Source: a virus (Duplodnaviria > Heunggongvirae > Uroviricota > Caudoviricetes). From it: a stretch of 64,000 nt of DNA. A program made the position numbers and the translations under genes. The number at the start of each line of letters is the position of its first letter. The first letter of the stretch is position 1. Shown in pieces: positions 9,997 to 19,836 of the stretch. The notes beneath the pieces are model-generated. The model was not told where the DNA came from. It searched no databases and was given only the letters and a program-made list of their open reading frames with translations. The DNA is taken from the IMG/VR virus record IMGVR_UViG_3300021963_000024; one strand, written 5' to 3'.

Positions 9997-10434
9997 TTAA
10001 CCAACTTTTAAGGTTAATTTTTTTGGTTTGGATTCTTCTTTTCTTTCTACTAAGATTGATAAGATACCATTTTTAATTTCCGCTTTTGCATTTCTACCAT
10101 CTAAGTCTTTACCCAATGTGATTGTTTCTTTAATGTTTCCAATCAACTGGTCAACTGCGTTTTGTGAATCTTTTTTCTCTTTTGTTGCAGTAACTTCAAT
10201 TTTATCTTCATAACAATTGATTTCAATGTTTTTAGGGTCATGTCCTATCACTGCTAAAGCAATGTGTGCTTTATCATCTTTTACATCAACTGCAAATTTA
10301 GAAGGAACAAATGTTGTTGATTTGTTTTCCCAAACTGGAGAGTTACTTTCAAAAATAGATTCTAATACTTTGTCAAAATTTGTGTAATACATAGTTTTAA
10401 TTTTTTTGTTAAACAATATACTATTATTATTCAA
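9997..10434 (-). CDS. small heat-shock protein Hsp20/alpha-crystallin
   Basis: Alpha-crystallin domain signature: ...FAVDVKDDKAHIALAVIGHDPKNIEINCYEDKIEVTATKE...AEIKNGILSILVERKEE. Confidence 0.7.
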   Translation of the reverse strand: MNNNSILFNKKIKTMYYTNFDKVLESIFESNSPVWENKSTTFVPSKFAVDVKDDKAHIALAVIGHDPKNIEINCYEDKIEVTATKEKKDSQNAVDQLIGNIKETITLGKDLDGRNAKAEIKNGILSILVERKEESKPKKLTLKVG

Positions 10435-10469
10435 CTATCATACCAAACTTTTTTTAGGAAATAATGTCA

Positions 10470-11111
10470 TTAAATTTTGACATCTTGTCTTTCAATCACA
10501 GTAGACATGTGGTCTGCCCAATGCATAATAAATTGTAATTTACCTTTCAATTGTTTTTTAATATCGTGACCGGCTAAATACTTTTGGTTATCTTCATCAT
10601 ACATACCATCTGTAAGTTTGATAGCAAAATACTCATTCTCATTATAAGAAATACCATAATGGTTTAGAGTAAAAAATGTTCTATCGGTAAGTGTCATATA
10701 AGAAATCTTATCGTTTCTCTTAAACACATGTCCGTTATTTTTAATCTGCCAATCATTATCGTTTGGAATATAGTGTAATTCACCTTTAATACCCAATTTA
10801 CCCAAATCGTGATGTAAACAACTGAATACTAATTCTTCATCAGTAAAATCAATTTTACCACCTGCTTCTTCAAATAACTTCTTCATACGAAGCGCATTCT
10901 TAGTTACATTAAATATATGGTCAATATAACCACCTATGTATGCATTGTGATAAAATGTTGAGCCGGATGCCGGTGATACCGCTAGATTACTTCCCAATTC
11001 ATCTTCGGAATACATGTGGAGTAATTTCTCTAACCTTTCGCCTGTGAAATATTTTTTTAGAATTTGAATGAACTTTTCGTAATTTGCTTCTAGTTCTTGT
11101 TGCGTTTTCAT
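10470..11111 (-). CDS. HD-domain phosphohydrolase
   Basis: Conserved H...HD arrangement (HIFNVTKNAL ... LHHDLGKLG). Confidence 0.5.
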   Translation of the reverse strand: MKTQQELEANYEKFIQILKKYFTGERLEKLLHMYSEDELGSNLAVSPASGSTFYHNAYIGGYIDHIFNVTKNALRMKKLFEEAGGKIDFTDEELVFSCLHHDLGKLGIKGELHYIPNDNDWQIKNNGHVFKRNDKISYMTLTDRTFFTLNHYGISYNENEYFAIKLTDGMYDEDNQKYLAGHDIKKQLKGKLQFIMHWADHMSTVIERQDVKI

Positions 11112-11175
11112 ACTTTTAGAGTTTAATTATTTATTAATACATCTAATATATGAAAAAAATTTAAAATTACCAAAT

Positions 11176-12240
11176 TTAAATTATAGATTTTTTTATTTCT
11201 ATTAAATCATACATATTATGAAATACATATGGATTGGTGGCTACCTTTTTGAACTCATCTAAAAACAAAGAATGTTCTGGATGTAGCACATTACCCACAT
11301 CAATCATTTTAAAGGTTTCATCGGAAAATGTTCCCCAATTAGTTATTCTTCCAAAAAATACTTTTGTTTTATTACCAAATATGAAAGTAATTAATCTTAA
11401 AAATTCAGACATTTCTGTATAATTAGATTGTTGAACTACAAATGAACATTTTACAGTTTGTATACTTTTTATGGTTGAAATAAAATTAAGATTGGATATT
11501 AAATTATCCCAATTACCACCCAATCTTGTTACATTTTCGTATGTAAATTTTGAACCAGCATCAATACTTATTTCACAACTCTTTACATAATCATGTATTT
11601 CCGGCATACTATCCCACATTTCCTTATTCCATAAACTGGCATTTGTATGTAAGTGTATTGATTTTAAATTTGGATATTTTTTAGGATTAAATTTTCTTAA
11701 AAAATTTCTATATGAAACGGAAGCAAACGGGTCTGCAGTGCCTGAACAATATATCATTTCTATATCGTTTGCATATAGAGATTCCATTTCTTCTATTGTT
11801 ATATTTATTTTTTGTATTTTATCACTATTTGCAACAATCATTTCTATTCTACAAGATGGGCATTTATAATTACACGTCCTATCAAAACTCATATGTATGG
11901 TTTTTGGTCCCTGATACATTTTTCCTGTTTCAAAATTGTAATTATTAAAAAAAGATGGGTCTATTTGAGAATAATGTTTTATAGGACCTAAATTATTGGT
12001 TTTTAAATTTATTAATTGAGATAGATACGGACATTGTTTTTTATCACAATAAAGATATGAACCATTCAATACCGATTTTCTAATATCCTTTGCCTCATCA
12101 CTATTCCACACATCTTTCATAGGTTGATTCTTTGGTAAGTGTTTTTTTAACCAACTTGCACAGCATAAAAAATAAGATTCATCATGTATTTCCAATATTT
12201 CAAATGGAACTTTGCATATATAATCTTTTAAATCAATCAT
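11176..12240 (-). CDS. radical SAM enzyme with N-terminal Cys-rich domain
   Basis: CxxxCxxC cluster FDRTCNYKCPSC and a glycine-rich CSGTADPF. N-terminal C-x15-CC ... C-x4-CPYLSQ cluster. Paralog of 39091-40290. Confidence 0.6.
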   Translation of the reverse strand: MIDLKDYICKVPFEILEIHDESYFLCCASWLKKHLPKNQPMKDVWNSDEAKDIRKSVLNGSYLYCDKKQCPYLSQLINLKTNNLGPIKHYSQIDPSFFNNYNFETGKMYQGPKTIHMSFDRTCNYKCPSCRIEMIVANSDKIQKINITIEEMESLYANDIEMIYCSGTADPFASVSYRNFLRKFNPKKYPNLKSIHLHTNASLWNKEMWDSMPEIHDYVKSCEISIDAGSKFTYENVTRLGGNWDNLISNLNFISTIKSIQTVKCSFVVQQSNYTEMSEFLRLITFIFGNKTKVFFGRITNWGTFSDETFKMIDVGNVLHPEHSLFLDEFKKVATNPYVFHNMYDLIEIKKSII

Positions 12241-12764
12241 TATATTAAATTGTAATTATAATCATCTTTATTTCCTTTTCTCAATCTATTTTTATCATTT
12301 AAATCATAGATATCTTCATAATAAGTTATTGGTATATTTGTTTTTTGCGATATATAGTTTAATTCATCATTCCACAACTTTATGTTATAAAATGCTTCAT
12401 CATAGTTTGGTGTTTTTTCCCAAAGATATTGTGATATAGATGAAAAATTCGATGTTTTCATTTTATAGTTTAGATAAGACCAACTTTCCGCACATGCCTT
12501 TAAATCTCTTCTACTTAATAAAATTGTTTTTTCAAATTTTGATATCAAACTTATTAACCAGTCTACTCTATTGGATTCTTTTATAGAATTTGGTTTATGA
12601 AATATAATTGTTTTTATAACTACATTATGAATATTATTTTGAGTATTTATTTTATTAAATGGATTAAATGGTTCAAAATTATAAACCAATTTATTATCAA
12701 TTGCTAATTTTTTACCTAATTCGGTGGAACCTGTTCTTGGTAAGGAAATTATTAAAATATTCAT
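12240..12764 (-). CDS. sulfotransferase (NodH-like PAPS-binding motif)
   Basis: N-terminal ISLPRTGSTELGKKL matches the 5'-PSB loop of NodH/Stf-type sulfotransferases. 174 aa. Confidence 0.4.
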   Translation of the reverse strand: MNILIISLPRTGSTELGKKLAIDNKLVYNFEPFNPFNKINTQNNIHNVVIKTIIFHKPNSIKESNRVDWLISLISKFEKTILLSRRDLKACAESWSYLNYKMKTSNFSSISQYLWEKTPNYDEAFYNIKLWNDELNYISQKTNIPITYYEDIYDLNDKNRLRKGNKDDYNYNLI

Positions 12765-13306
12765 ATCAATTTTTTTGATTTATCTAATTGATAATATTTA
12801 AAATCTGTATTTGTCATCCATATATTTAATGCATATCTAATACCTGAATAGACTGGCATTACACCGTGATATGTTTTACTACCATCAAATGAAATAGATT
12901 CACCAATATTTAGTATGTATTTATTTCCATTTTTTATATCATCCATTTTTTCGGATAATACGAAGCTACCATCACTAAATCCGGCCGATAAAACTATAAC
13001 TGTTGTAAATTGTGATGTAGTATCTAAATGCAAATCCAACCATCTATTATCATAATACTTTGTCAAACTAATATTTACATCCTTTATATTAAATTTATTC
13101 AAATCAAACCATAATTTAAATTCATTTTTATTATATTTTTCTTTGATTTTTTGAATTATATTTGATTTAAATTCATCATCATAAATTCTTTTACAATCCC
13201 ATACTTCATTTGGATTATATGAAAATTGTATGCCATTATTTTCTGCAAATTCTATTATAGATTGGCATTCTTTTTTATCAAACAAATTGTTTATATAATA
13301 ATTCAT
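12761..13306 (-). CDS. 2OG-Fe(II) oxygenase
   Basis: HxD (HLDTT), distal His (TYHGV) and Arg (RYALNIW) at canonical spacing. Confidence 0.55.
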   Translation of the reverse strand: MNYYINNLFDKKECQSIIEFAENNGIQFSYNPNEVWDCKRIYDDEFKSNIIQKIKEKYNKNEFKLWFDLNKFNIKDVNISLTKYYDNRWLDLHLDTTSQFTTVIVLSAGFSDGSFVLSEKMDDIKNGNKYILNIGESISFDGSKTYHGVMPVYSGIRYALNIWMTNTDFKYYQLDKSKKLI

Positions 13307-14124
13307 ATAATAATATTTTCGATATTGTTCGTCTTATATGTTAATATGTTTTTATTTAATATAAAATCATATAGTTCATTCGCAATTAATTTATATCCAT
13401 TTTTGTTAGGATGTTTACCCTCTGTTAAATCTTTCCAATGTTGTCCATCTCCCCACACATCCTTTCTATTTGTATTTATTAATAAATCTTTTAAAGTTTT
13501 ATTTGAAATACCCCAATAATGGTTTTTATCAATTAGATTAGTTTTATCTATGTTTTTTGAAATATCATCTTTTATCATTAAATCAAATGCATCACAAAAA
13601 ATATATCTTATACCAATTTTTTTAAACATCCATTGTAAATATAAAATATAATTTTGGTTTACGATTTGATAATATTCATCCGTAAATAAATTTGCTAAAA
13701 AATATTCTTGATATTCTTTTTTTATTCTATCGTATTTTGTAGTTATATTTGTATTTTTAAATACTTTTTTATACAAATATTCTTTTCGTTTATATCTCTC
13801 ACCCCAATAGTGCCAGGAATTATTATCAGGAAAAAATGGAACAGAATCTCTTAAAGATGAACTCCACATTATAACAACCAAATCATCTTTTTTAATTAAA
13901 TCGGTATCTACTGAATTACAAACTGCATCAAATATACTTTTATTAGAACAACCACCTATTCCAAAATTATCAAAAGGAATATTTAAATGTTTTGATAACA
14001 ATGTAGGCCATGCGTATTTATGACGTATTTTTGTTCTTTCTTCTAAATCTTCGGTTTTTAATTCTTCCTGCCAATCGGAACCAACTCCTTCGGTCCAACT
14101 ATCACCGAATGTAAATAATTTCAT
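13303..14124 (-). CDS. SGNH/GDSL-family hydrolase
   Basis: FGDSWTEGVG block I and GKHPNKNGY block V. Paralog of 3066-3827. Confidence 0.55.
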   Translation of the reverse strand: MKLFTFGDSWTEGVGSDWQEELKTEDLEERTKIRHKYAWPTLLSKHLNIPFDNFGIGGCSNKSIFDAVCNSVDTDLIKKDDLVVIMWSSSLRDSVPFFPDNNSWHYWGERYKRKEYLYKKVFKNTNITTKYDRIKKEYQEYFLANLFTDEYYQIVNQNYILYLQWMFKKIGIRYIFCDAFDLMIKDDISKNIDKTNLIDKNHYWGISNKTLKDLLINTNRKDVWGDGQHWKDLTEGKHPNKNGYKLIANELYDFILNKNILTYKTNNIENIII

Positions 14125-14858
14125 TAAATAATAGATTTAACTCTTTTGTATGAACCATCAATATATGTATCGACAAATTTTATTAATTCATCGGTTTTCA
14201 ATATTGCAGAATAATCTAATTGCGTTTTATTTTTATGAATTAACTTAAAATCTATATTAAGTTTTTTTGATATATAATCTTCAAATTCATATAATCTATC
14301 AAAATGAAATTCTTTTACTTTTACTTTTGATGATGATATCCATTGATATTGCGATACGAATGACATAATGTGTATTGCGTATCTTTTTTTAAATTCATCG
14401 GATATATTATAATATTGAATTACACCCGCCGTTTCTAATAATTTTATTAGGAGATTTACTCTAGTTTCATAAGATATATACGCATTTTTGAATTCGTATA
14501 TGTTGTCTTTAAAAAAAGAAATTATAAAATTATTATCTAAATTTTTAAGGATATTTGAACCCTCTTCGGATATACTTTGAATTATTTCTTGTATAAAAAA
14601 TTTCCAAGCTGATATAAATCTATCCGTAGAATTTCTTATTATACATACAAATTCAAAATCCATACCAAGCGAATCAATTAAATAATTTATATCCGAATGA
14701 ATATGTTTTTCTGGATTTTTTACTCCAAATTTAATAGAATTTTCCCATAAAATATTCGGATATGTTAAATCCAACCCGTATTCAATACAAGTATCTTCTA
14801 CCGACCAAGATGCATTTTTTGGTATTGGTATAAAAACAATACAATTATTTATAACCAT
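14124..14858 (-). CDS. hypothetical protein, possible carbohydrate-sulfotransferase-like
   Basis: IPIPKNASWSV weakly resembles the Sulfotransfer_2 5'-PSB (IPKTGST). Weak evidence. Confidence 0.3.
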   Translation of the reverse strand: MVINNCIVFIPIPKNASWSVEDTCIEYGLDLTYPNILWENSIKFGVKNPEKHIHSDINYLIDSLGMDFEFVCIIRNSTDRFISAWKFFIQEIIQSISEEGSNILKNLDNNFIISFFKDNIYEFKNAYISYETRVNLLIKLLETAGVIQYYNISDEFKKRYAIHIMSFVSQYQWISSSKVKVKEFHFDRLYEFEDYISKKLNIDFKLIHKNKTQLDYSAILKTDELIKFVDTYIDGSYKRVKSII

Positions 14859-15001
14859 TTTAATAAAATTTATGAACCAGTTACATCCGTATAAATTAAG
14901 TTTGCGACCTGCTGCATAATAGTTGCAATGGCCTGATTTGTGGTGTTATTGGTTAATACTATTTCCGAAGAAATTATTTTATCTTTCATTTTTAATTATT
15001 T

Positions 15002-16537
15002 TTAAAGTTTTGAAGGAGGTTGGCCACCACAGAAACCACATGCACTACAACACCAAACTGCACACATCCAAGCACCACACCAACCATAACATGTACCGTT
15101 GTGTTGTACAAAAGTAAGTCCCAATGTTTCATCTGCTAATGGTAAAAACAAATCATTTGTTTCAACATTTATATCATATATTTTTTTATTAACATATACG
15201 ATTTCCAAATTTGTTATTTTTGATTTTACTAAAGTATTATTCACATAATCAAAAAATACAATTGAATCATTTATTCTAAATCTATTTGTAAATACAAATG
15301 TAGTTTGTAATGTATCGTATTCCTCTACCAACATAGAACTAGCCGGCAAATCTTCATAAACTATACCATTTTCCAATGTTACCCTAATCATTAGGGATTC
15401 TTTAGTTTGTGTTCCTAAATCAATTACGGTTGTATTTGATTGAGTAAATGATTCTAAGTCAGAGCTGAAACTTCCTGAATTCAAATCTGGCATATATAAT
15501 ACTTCTCCTGTTTCGGATGTTTCATTTAGTGGAACCCAAGGAAGAGTTATCGTTTTTAATGAATCATTAACTAAAATTTGATTTGGATATTTAAAACTTC
15601 CATCTGAATATAATATTGGTGTATCATCATCCAAAATATAAGTTGTACCAAATTTACTTATTAGGGATTTACTCATCCATAATACTCTGGAATTTTGTTC
15701 CATTTTACCATTTGTATCATATTCGGTTACCCACGCATCATTTTCAACACCGGCCGTCATAATATACGAACCCAAATGTAATATACTTAATGTTCCACCA
15801 TATATTATATCCAAACTTCTTATTACGCCTATTTTATTATCAATAAAATTATCCGGGTGTGTGTGGTATTCTTCTATATATTCCAATTCTGTTAATGAAT
15901 CTTTTAAAGATTGTAAAGATTCCAATGATTGTATTTTGTAAAACTTTGGATAAGTTAAATAATTTGTATTTGGATATCTTGTTTTTACAATATAATTCGG
16001 TGCATCGCCGGCTGTAGTATGTAAATTTACTAATTGGTCTATATTAAGATTTGTATCAGTTTCTGAATGATAATACACGTTTGGTGCAAATGTTTCATTT
16101 GAAATTACTCTATGAAAATTTACCTTATCTTTTGCATAATTTTCATCTACTAATGCAGTAGTATCATATGATGTTCTCAGTATTAATACATCATCCGCAT
16201 CTTCTATATATGGAACTGTTATTGAATTTTTAGGAACTTCATAGTGGTTGAATGTGCCTGATAATTCAACCATTATTTCACTCATTTTATCTTTTAAAGA
16301 TATATTTTCTGTTGTTGTATCAAATACATTTTCTTTTTCCGTATTTATAAAATTACCATCCGTATATATAAAATGCAATTTTGTAATAGAATTATCTATT
16401 AAAAATTGCTTAAATGTATTCCAATCCAATTGTGGAACAATTTTGTTATGAACATCCACATTTGTGTTTGTTTCTATTATTCTTAAATTACCGGATGCAT
16501 CCTTTAAAAAATCCGTTCCAATTATTAATGCTTTCAT
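15002..16537 (-). CDS. hypothetical 511-aa protein with C-terminal 8-Cys tail
   Basis: Large ORF whose C-terminal 30 aa are CYGWCGAWMCAVWCCSACGFCGGQPPSKL. No other motif recognised. Confidence 0.45.
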   Translation of the reverse strand: MKALIIGTDFLKDASGNLRIIETNTNVDVHNKIVPQLDWNTFKQFLIDNSITKLHFIYTDGNFINTEKENVFDTTTENISLKDKMSEIMVELSGTFNHYEVPKNSITVPYIEDADDVLILRTSYDTTALVDENYAKDKVNFHRVISNETFAPNVYYHSETDTNLNIDQLVNLHTTAGDAPNYIVKTRYPNTNYLTYPKFYKIQSLESLQSLKDSLTELEYIEEYHTHPDNFIDNKIGVIRSLDIIYGGTLSILHLGSYIMTAGVENDAWVTEYDTNGKMEQNSRVLWMSKSLISKFGTTYILDDDTPILYSDGSFKYPNQILVNDSLKTITLPWVPLNETSETGEVLYMPDLNSGSFSSDLESFTQSNTTVIDLGTQTKESLMIRVTLENGIVYEDLPASSMLVEEYDTLQTTFVFTNRFRINDSIVFFDYVNNTLVKSKITNLEIVYVNKKIYDINVETNDLFLPLADETLGLTFVQHNGTCYGWCGAWMCAVWCCSACGFCGGQPPSKL

Positions 16538-16574
16538 TTTTTTATTGTCTTATTTATATAAATATATTGGTTTT

Positions 16575-17216
16575 TTAAATTAAACTACTAATTTTTTTCG
16601 CAGATTCAAATCCTACATTACCCGCTATAACAATTCTATTTTTTGTTGAATTGGGTGAATTATTTGGTGAATGTTCTAAATTAGATTTCATAATAACCAC
16701 TTCACCTTCTTCTGGTAAATAATAATATCTTTTTTTGTTTTTACCTTCTACTATTAAAGTGCCTTCCGTATCTGATAGATTATTTGGCATTTGGGCATAA
16801 TATACAAAAGTATATTCCGGATAAAAAGAATTTATAATTTTTTGCAAATCTATGTGGTTATGTAATTTAACATCACCACCATATTTAAAATTATTTTGTT
16901 TTGGTTTTCCAGTTTTTACAACATTTATCCAAGCATTAATATTAACTTTATTAAAATTCAGTTCATCTTTTATACCTAACTCAACACATTCATTCAAACA
17001 AATTTTAATAATTTCTTCAATATAATTCGATGGTATCATTTCTTTTTTAAAATCAAAACTACCCCAATCGTTTAAATATGGATAATTATCTTGGGGAACA
17101 TAATTGGCGGTAGATAAAAATGATATACAATTTCCTAAAACATCAGATTGTAACTTTGTATTTTCTAATTTTACTATATACAAATCTACACCATCTTCAA
17201 ACGTAATTTTTTTCAT
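16575..17216 (-). CDS. 2OG-Fe(II) oxygenase-like protein
   Basis: HID (LHNHIDLQ), distal His (NLEHSP) and Arg (NRIVIAGNV). The C-terminus resembles that of 17506-18159. Confidence 0.4.
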   Translation of the reverse strand: MKKITFEDGVDLYIVKLENTKLQSDVLGNCISFLSTANYVPQDNYPYLNDWGSFDFKKEMIPSNYIEEIIKICLNECVELGIKDELNFNKVNINAWINVVKTGKPKQNNFKYGGDVKLHNHIDLQKIINSFYPEYTFVYYAQMPNNLSDTEGTLIVEGKNKKRYYYLPEEGEVVIMKSNLEHSPNNSPNSTKNRIVIAGNVGFESAKKISSLI

Positions 17217-17218
17217 AA

Positions 17219-17506
17219 TTAAATAATTGTTTTAGTTTTAACTTTTAGAGTTTTTATATATTTTTCTTCAACACTATTCCACTTTGATTTTGGACATGTT
17301 CCGGCCTGGTCTGTAAATATTTTCTTTTCTAAAGGACATCCACATCCACCACATATTGCAGACCATTTTTTATTGTGTATAATTTCTTTTCTAAACTCAC
17401 ACTTCATACAAATGCTCATACGTTCTTCTGCTAAACTCTTTTGTGTTGAATTAGGGTTGAATGATGTAATCCAAGCATTAATAATTTCTTTAGGATTAAA
17501 ACTCAT
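17219..17506 (-). CDS. zinc-ribbon protein
   Basis: CMKC...CGGCGC...C; 95 aa. Confidence 0.4.
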   Translation of the reverse strand: MSFNPKEIINAWITSFNPNSTQKSLAEERMSICMKCEFRKEIIHNKKWSAICGGCGCPLEKKIFTDQAGTCPKSKWNSVEEKYIKTLKVKTKTII

Positions 17507-18159
17507 TATATTATACTTTTTTTATTATCTATTAAACTGACATTACCCGCAACTGATATCCGTTCTACATCTTTTGTAAAAAATGGACTAACATAATGCA
17601 TTAAATACGCTGGAAATATAAACATTTCCCCTGTAATCGGTGAATGATTTATCTGTGTTATCGGTGACATATAACTATTTACCGTATTTGAAAATTCTTG
17701 TGCATTTGAATCAAATTTTTTTACATTTTGTCCATATAAAAATGATATACTTCCATTTTGAAATCCTCTTTTAATAGTTTTTTCATTTTTAATTTCATCC
17801 GGCATATCCACATATATTACAAAGGATATATCATATGCATGAAAATGTGGAGAATTAAAATCTCTACTTTTTTGAAAATTAATCCATAAATCTTCAATAT
17901 TAATTCCAAATCGAAATGGCTTTAAATTTCTAATTTTGGCAATTTCTTTTATATAATTTTCTATATAAACGGAAATTTTATTTTTAAAATAACTTACATT
18001 TTCAAAACTATATTTGTAAGATGTATCAAATGTTATGGAATCGAGCTTATTATCTATTAAAATTTCATTTCTCCCAACGGATAGAAGTTCTTTACATAAA
18101 TCCAAATCAATATTGGTTTTCATTAATTCGGGCCCGAAATTATATTTTGTAAATTCCAT
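17506..18159 (-). CDS. 2OG-Fe(II)/PhyH-like oxygenase (tentative)
   Basis: PHFHAYD, LMHYVSP and ERISVAGNV at cupin-like spacing. Weaker than the neighbouring oxygenases. Confidence 0.35.
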   Translation of the reverse strand: MEFTKYNFGPELMKTNIDLDLCKELLSVGRNEILIDNKLDSITFDTSYKYSFENVSYFKNKISVYIENYIKEIAKIRNLKPFRFGINIEDLWINFQKSRDFNSPHFHAYDISFVIYVDMPDEIKNEKTIKRGFQNGSISFLYGQNVKKFDSNAQEFSNTVNSYMSPITQINHSPITGEMFIFPAYLMHYVSPFFTKDVERISVAGNVSLIDNKKSII

Positions 18160-18722
18160 TATATCAATTCTGTTTTATTATTTTCTATTTTTTTTAATTT
18201 CAACCAACTAACTAATGAATATCTTTTTCCTGATTCTACGGGTTTTACTCTATGTAATATTGCCGATGGAAATATAAACATATTACCTTTTCCTGGTTTT
18301 AATGTTATAGAATTTTCTAACATTAATTGAAAATCACCAGAAGTATACTCATCATTTAATTGTATCACAACTGTATATATTCTATCTTTAAAGATATTAT
18401 CATTTGAATCAGAATGCCAATCAAAGTAATCGCCTACATTATATTCTGTAAATTGAAAACTTTCAACATATAATTCATAACCTCTTTGTTTCGGTGTTCT
18501 TTTTAATATTTCATTTGTAATTTTTGTATTGATGTTATTTAAATCACCCACAAATGCAACTTTTGATTTTCTTGTCTTTTTCTGACTTTCTTTTTTATAT
18601 GTATTGTATACTTCCGCATCTTTTAAATCCAAATCAGAAAGACATTTATCTATAATCCATTCACATTCTTCATTTGATAGAAACTTTGGAATTACCGATA
18701 TACCTTTATCTTCTAATATCAT
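18159..18722 (-). CDS. 2OG-Fe(II) oxygenase (prolyl-hydroxylase-like)
   Basis: HxD (WHSDSND), distal His (AILHRVKPV) and Arg (KRYSLVSW). Confidence 0.6.
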   Translation of the reverse strand: MILEDKGISVIPKFLSNEECEWIIDKCLSDLDLKDAEVYNTYKKESQKKTRKSKVAFVGDLNNINTKITNEILKRTPKQRGYELYVESFQFTEYNVGDYFDWHSDSNDNIFKDRIYTVVIQLNDEYTSGDFQLMLENSITLKPGKGNMFIFPSAILHRVKPVESGKRYSLVSWLKLKKIENNKTELI

Positions 18723-18740
18723 AGTTTAGTTTTATGAACA

Positions 18741-18769
18741 AATATACGAATAATTTTTGAATTTACCAA
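18741..18769 (-). promoter_or_regulatory. sigma70-like promoter TTGGTA-N17-TATATT upstream of the tailoring operon
   Basis: Minus-strand read TTGGTAAATTCAAAAATTATTCGTATATT. The -10 lies about 20 nt upstream of the ATG at 18722. Member of a 4-copy family. Confidence 0.5.
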
Positions 18770-18771
18770 AA

Positions 18772-18791
18772 GGGGTGGGGGTTGGGGGAGG
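18772..18791 (+). other. G-tract (GGGGTGGGGGTTGGGGGAGG), possible G4-forming element
   Basis: Three G4-5 runs plus GG/AGG in an otherwise AT-rich intergenic region. Confidence 0.3.
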
Positions 18792-18834
18792 TCGTTTTTT
18801 AAAAGAAAATTTTTGGTATCTCTATTGATAGACC

Positions 18835-19413
18835 CTATATTATTTTAATTAAACTCTTATCCTTATTCAATAAAGCATTATAATACTTCATATCACTTTG
18901 GGTATATCTAATCAATTTATCCATCAATTCAGGATATAAATCAACGCACTTATCCCAAACTTCTTTTTTTGATTTATAATTTGGTTCAGTATGAAAATCG
19001 TATTCATTTTGATTGTATGGTATGGTTTTCAATATTTCTTCCATAAATCCGGAAAGATTGGATAAATCCACTATTCTCAATTCACTATTATACCAAATAT
19101 AATATATTTTTTCACAAAAATGTGGATGATAGTGTGTTCCACCAAATTGTATATCGGAAAATTTTAATAATATCTTTAGAATTTTATCCGAATCATCCCA
19201 ACACTCCATCACTTCCGTTTGTAAAGCAGATTCTAAATGTGAAAGTGGATTTCGTATTATAATCACTTCTAATCCCAGTTTGTTTAATTTTTCAAACGGA
19301 ACTCTATAATTTATATTAATGTGTGAATTAAGTAATAATACGGTTTTAGAAAAATATCGAGAACCACATTTCGCGGGAACTCCCCATTTTCCGTTATATA
19401 CATCTATAACCAT
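18835..19413 (-). CDS. hypothetical protein
   Basis: Minus-strand ORF. No motif recognised. Confidence 0.4.
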   Translation of the reverse strand: MVIDVYNGKWGVPAKCGSRYFSKTVLLLNSHININYRVPFEKLNKLGLEVIIIRNPLSHLESALQTEVMECWDDSDKILKILLKFSDIQFGGTHYHPHFCEKIYYIWYNSELRIVDLSNLSGFMEEILKTIPYNQNEYDFHTEPNYKSKKEVWDKCVDLYPELMDKLIRYTQSDMKYYNALLNKDKSLIKII

Positions 19414-19540
19414 TTATCTCTTCATTTTTCGTGCAACATACCAAAAAGGTAACTTTATACCCCAATACAAAATGGCGCAAGCCAGGCTAATTAAAACAAC
19501 GGGTAGGAGGATTATAACCGTAAACCAATCGGAAAGTTTA

Positions 19541-19816
19541 TTAATGATTGATACCATTTCCGTAAATTGATGTGTAAATACCTACCAATCCAACAATACA
19601 CCAAAAAGTGTTTAAGATAACGTATGCTTTATTATCTCTTTCCCATGCGGCATATGTAAGAATGATTGCATCAATAGTATTCCATATCCACATAGCGAGA
19701 AAGGGTGTATCAGGTCCCATAATAGAAAGAGTGCCAAATGCTATTATTCGCATGACCACTCCGATATGTTCCATCCACTTTATTACACTTTCGTTTAATA
19801 ACTTTAATTTATTCAT
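19541..19816 (-). CDS. small membrane protein (3 predicted TM helices)
   Basis: Hydrophobic segments with Trp/Asn-rich loops. A weak PnuC-like flavour only. Confidence 0.35.
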   Translation of the reverse strand: MNKLKLLNESVIKWMEHIGVVMRIIAFGTLSIMGPDTPFLAMWIWNTIDAIILTYAAWERDNKAYVILNTFWCIVGLVGIYTSIYGNGINH

Positions 19817-19836
19817 AATATAACAGTTTAAAATAA

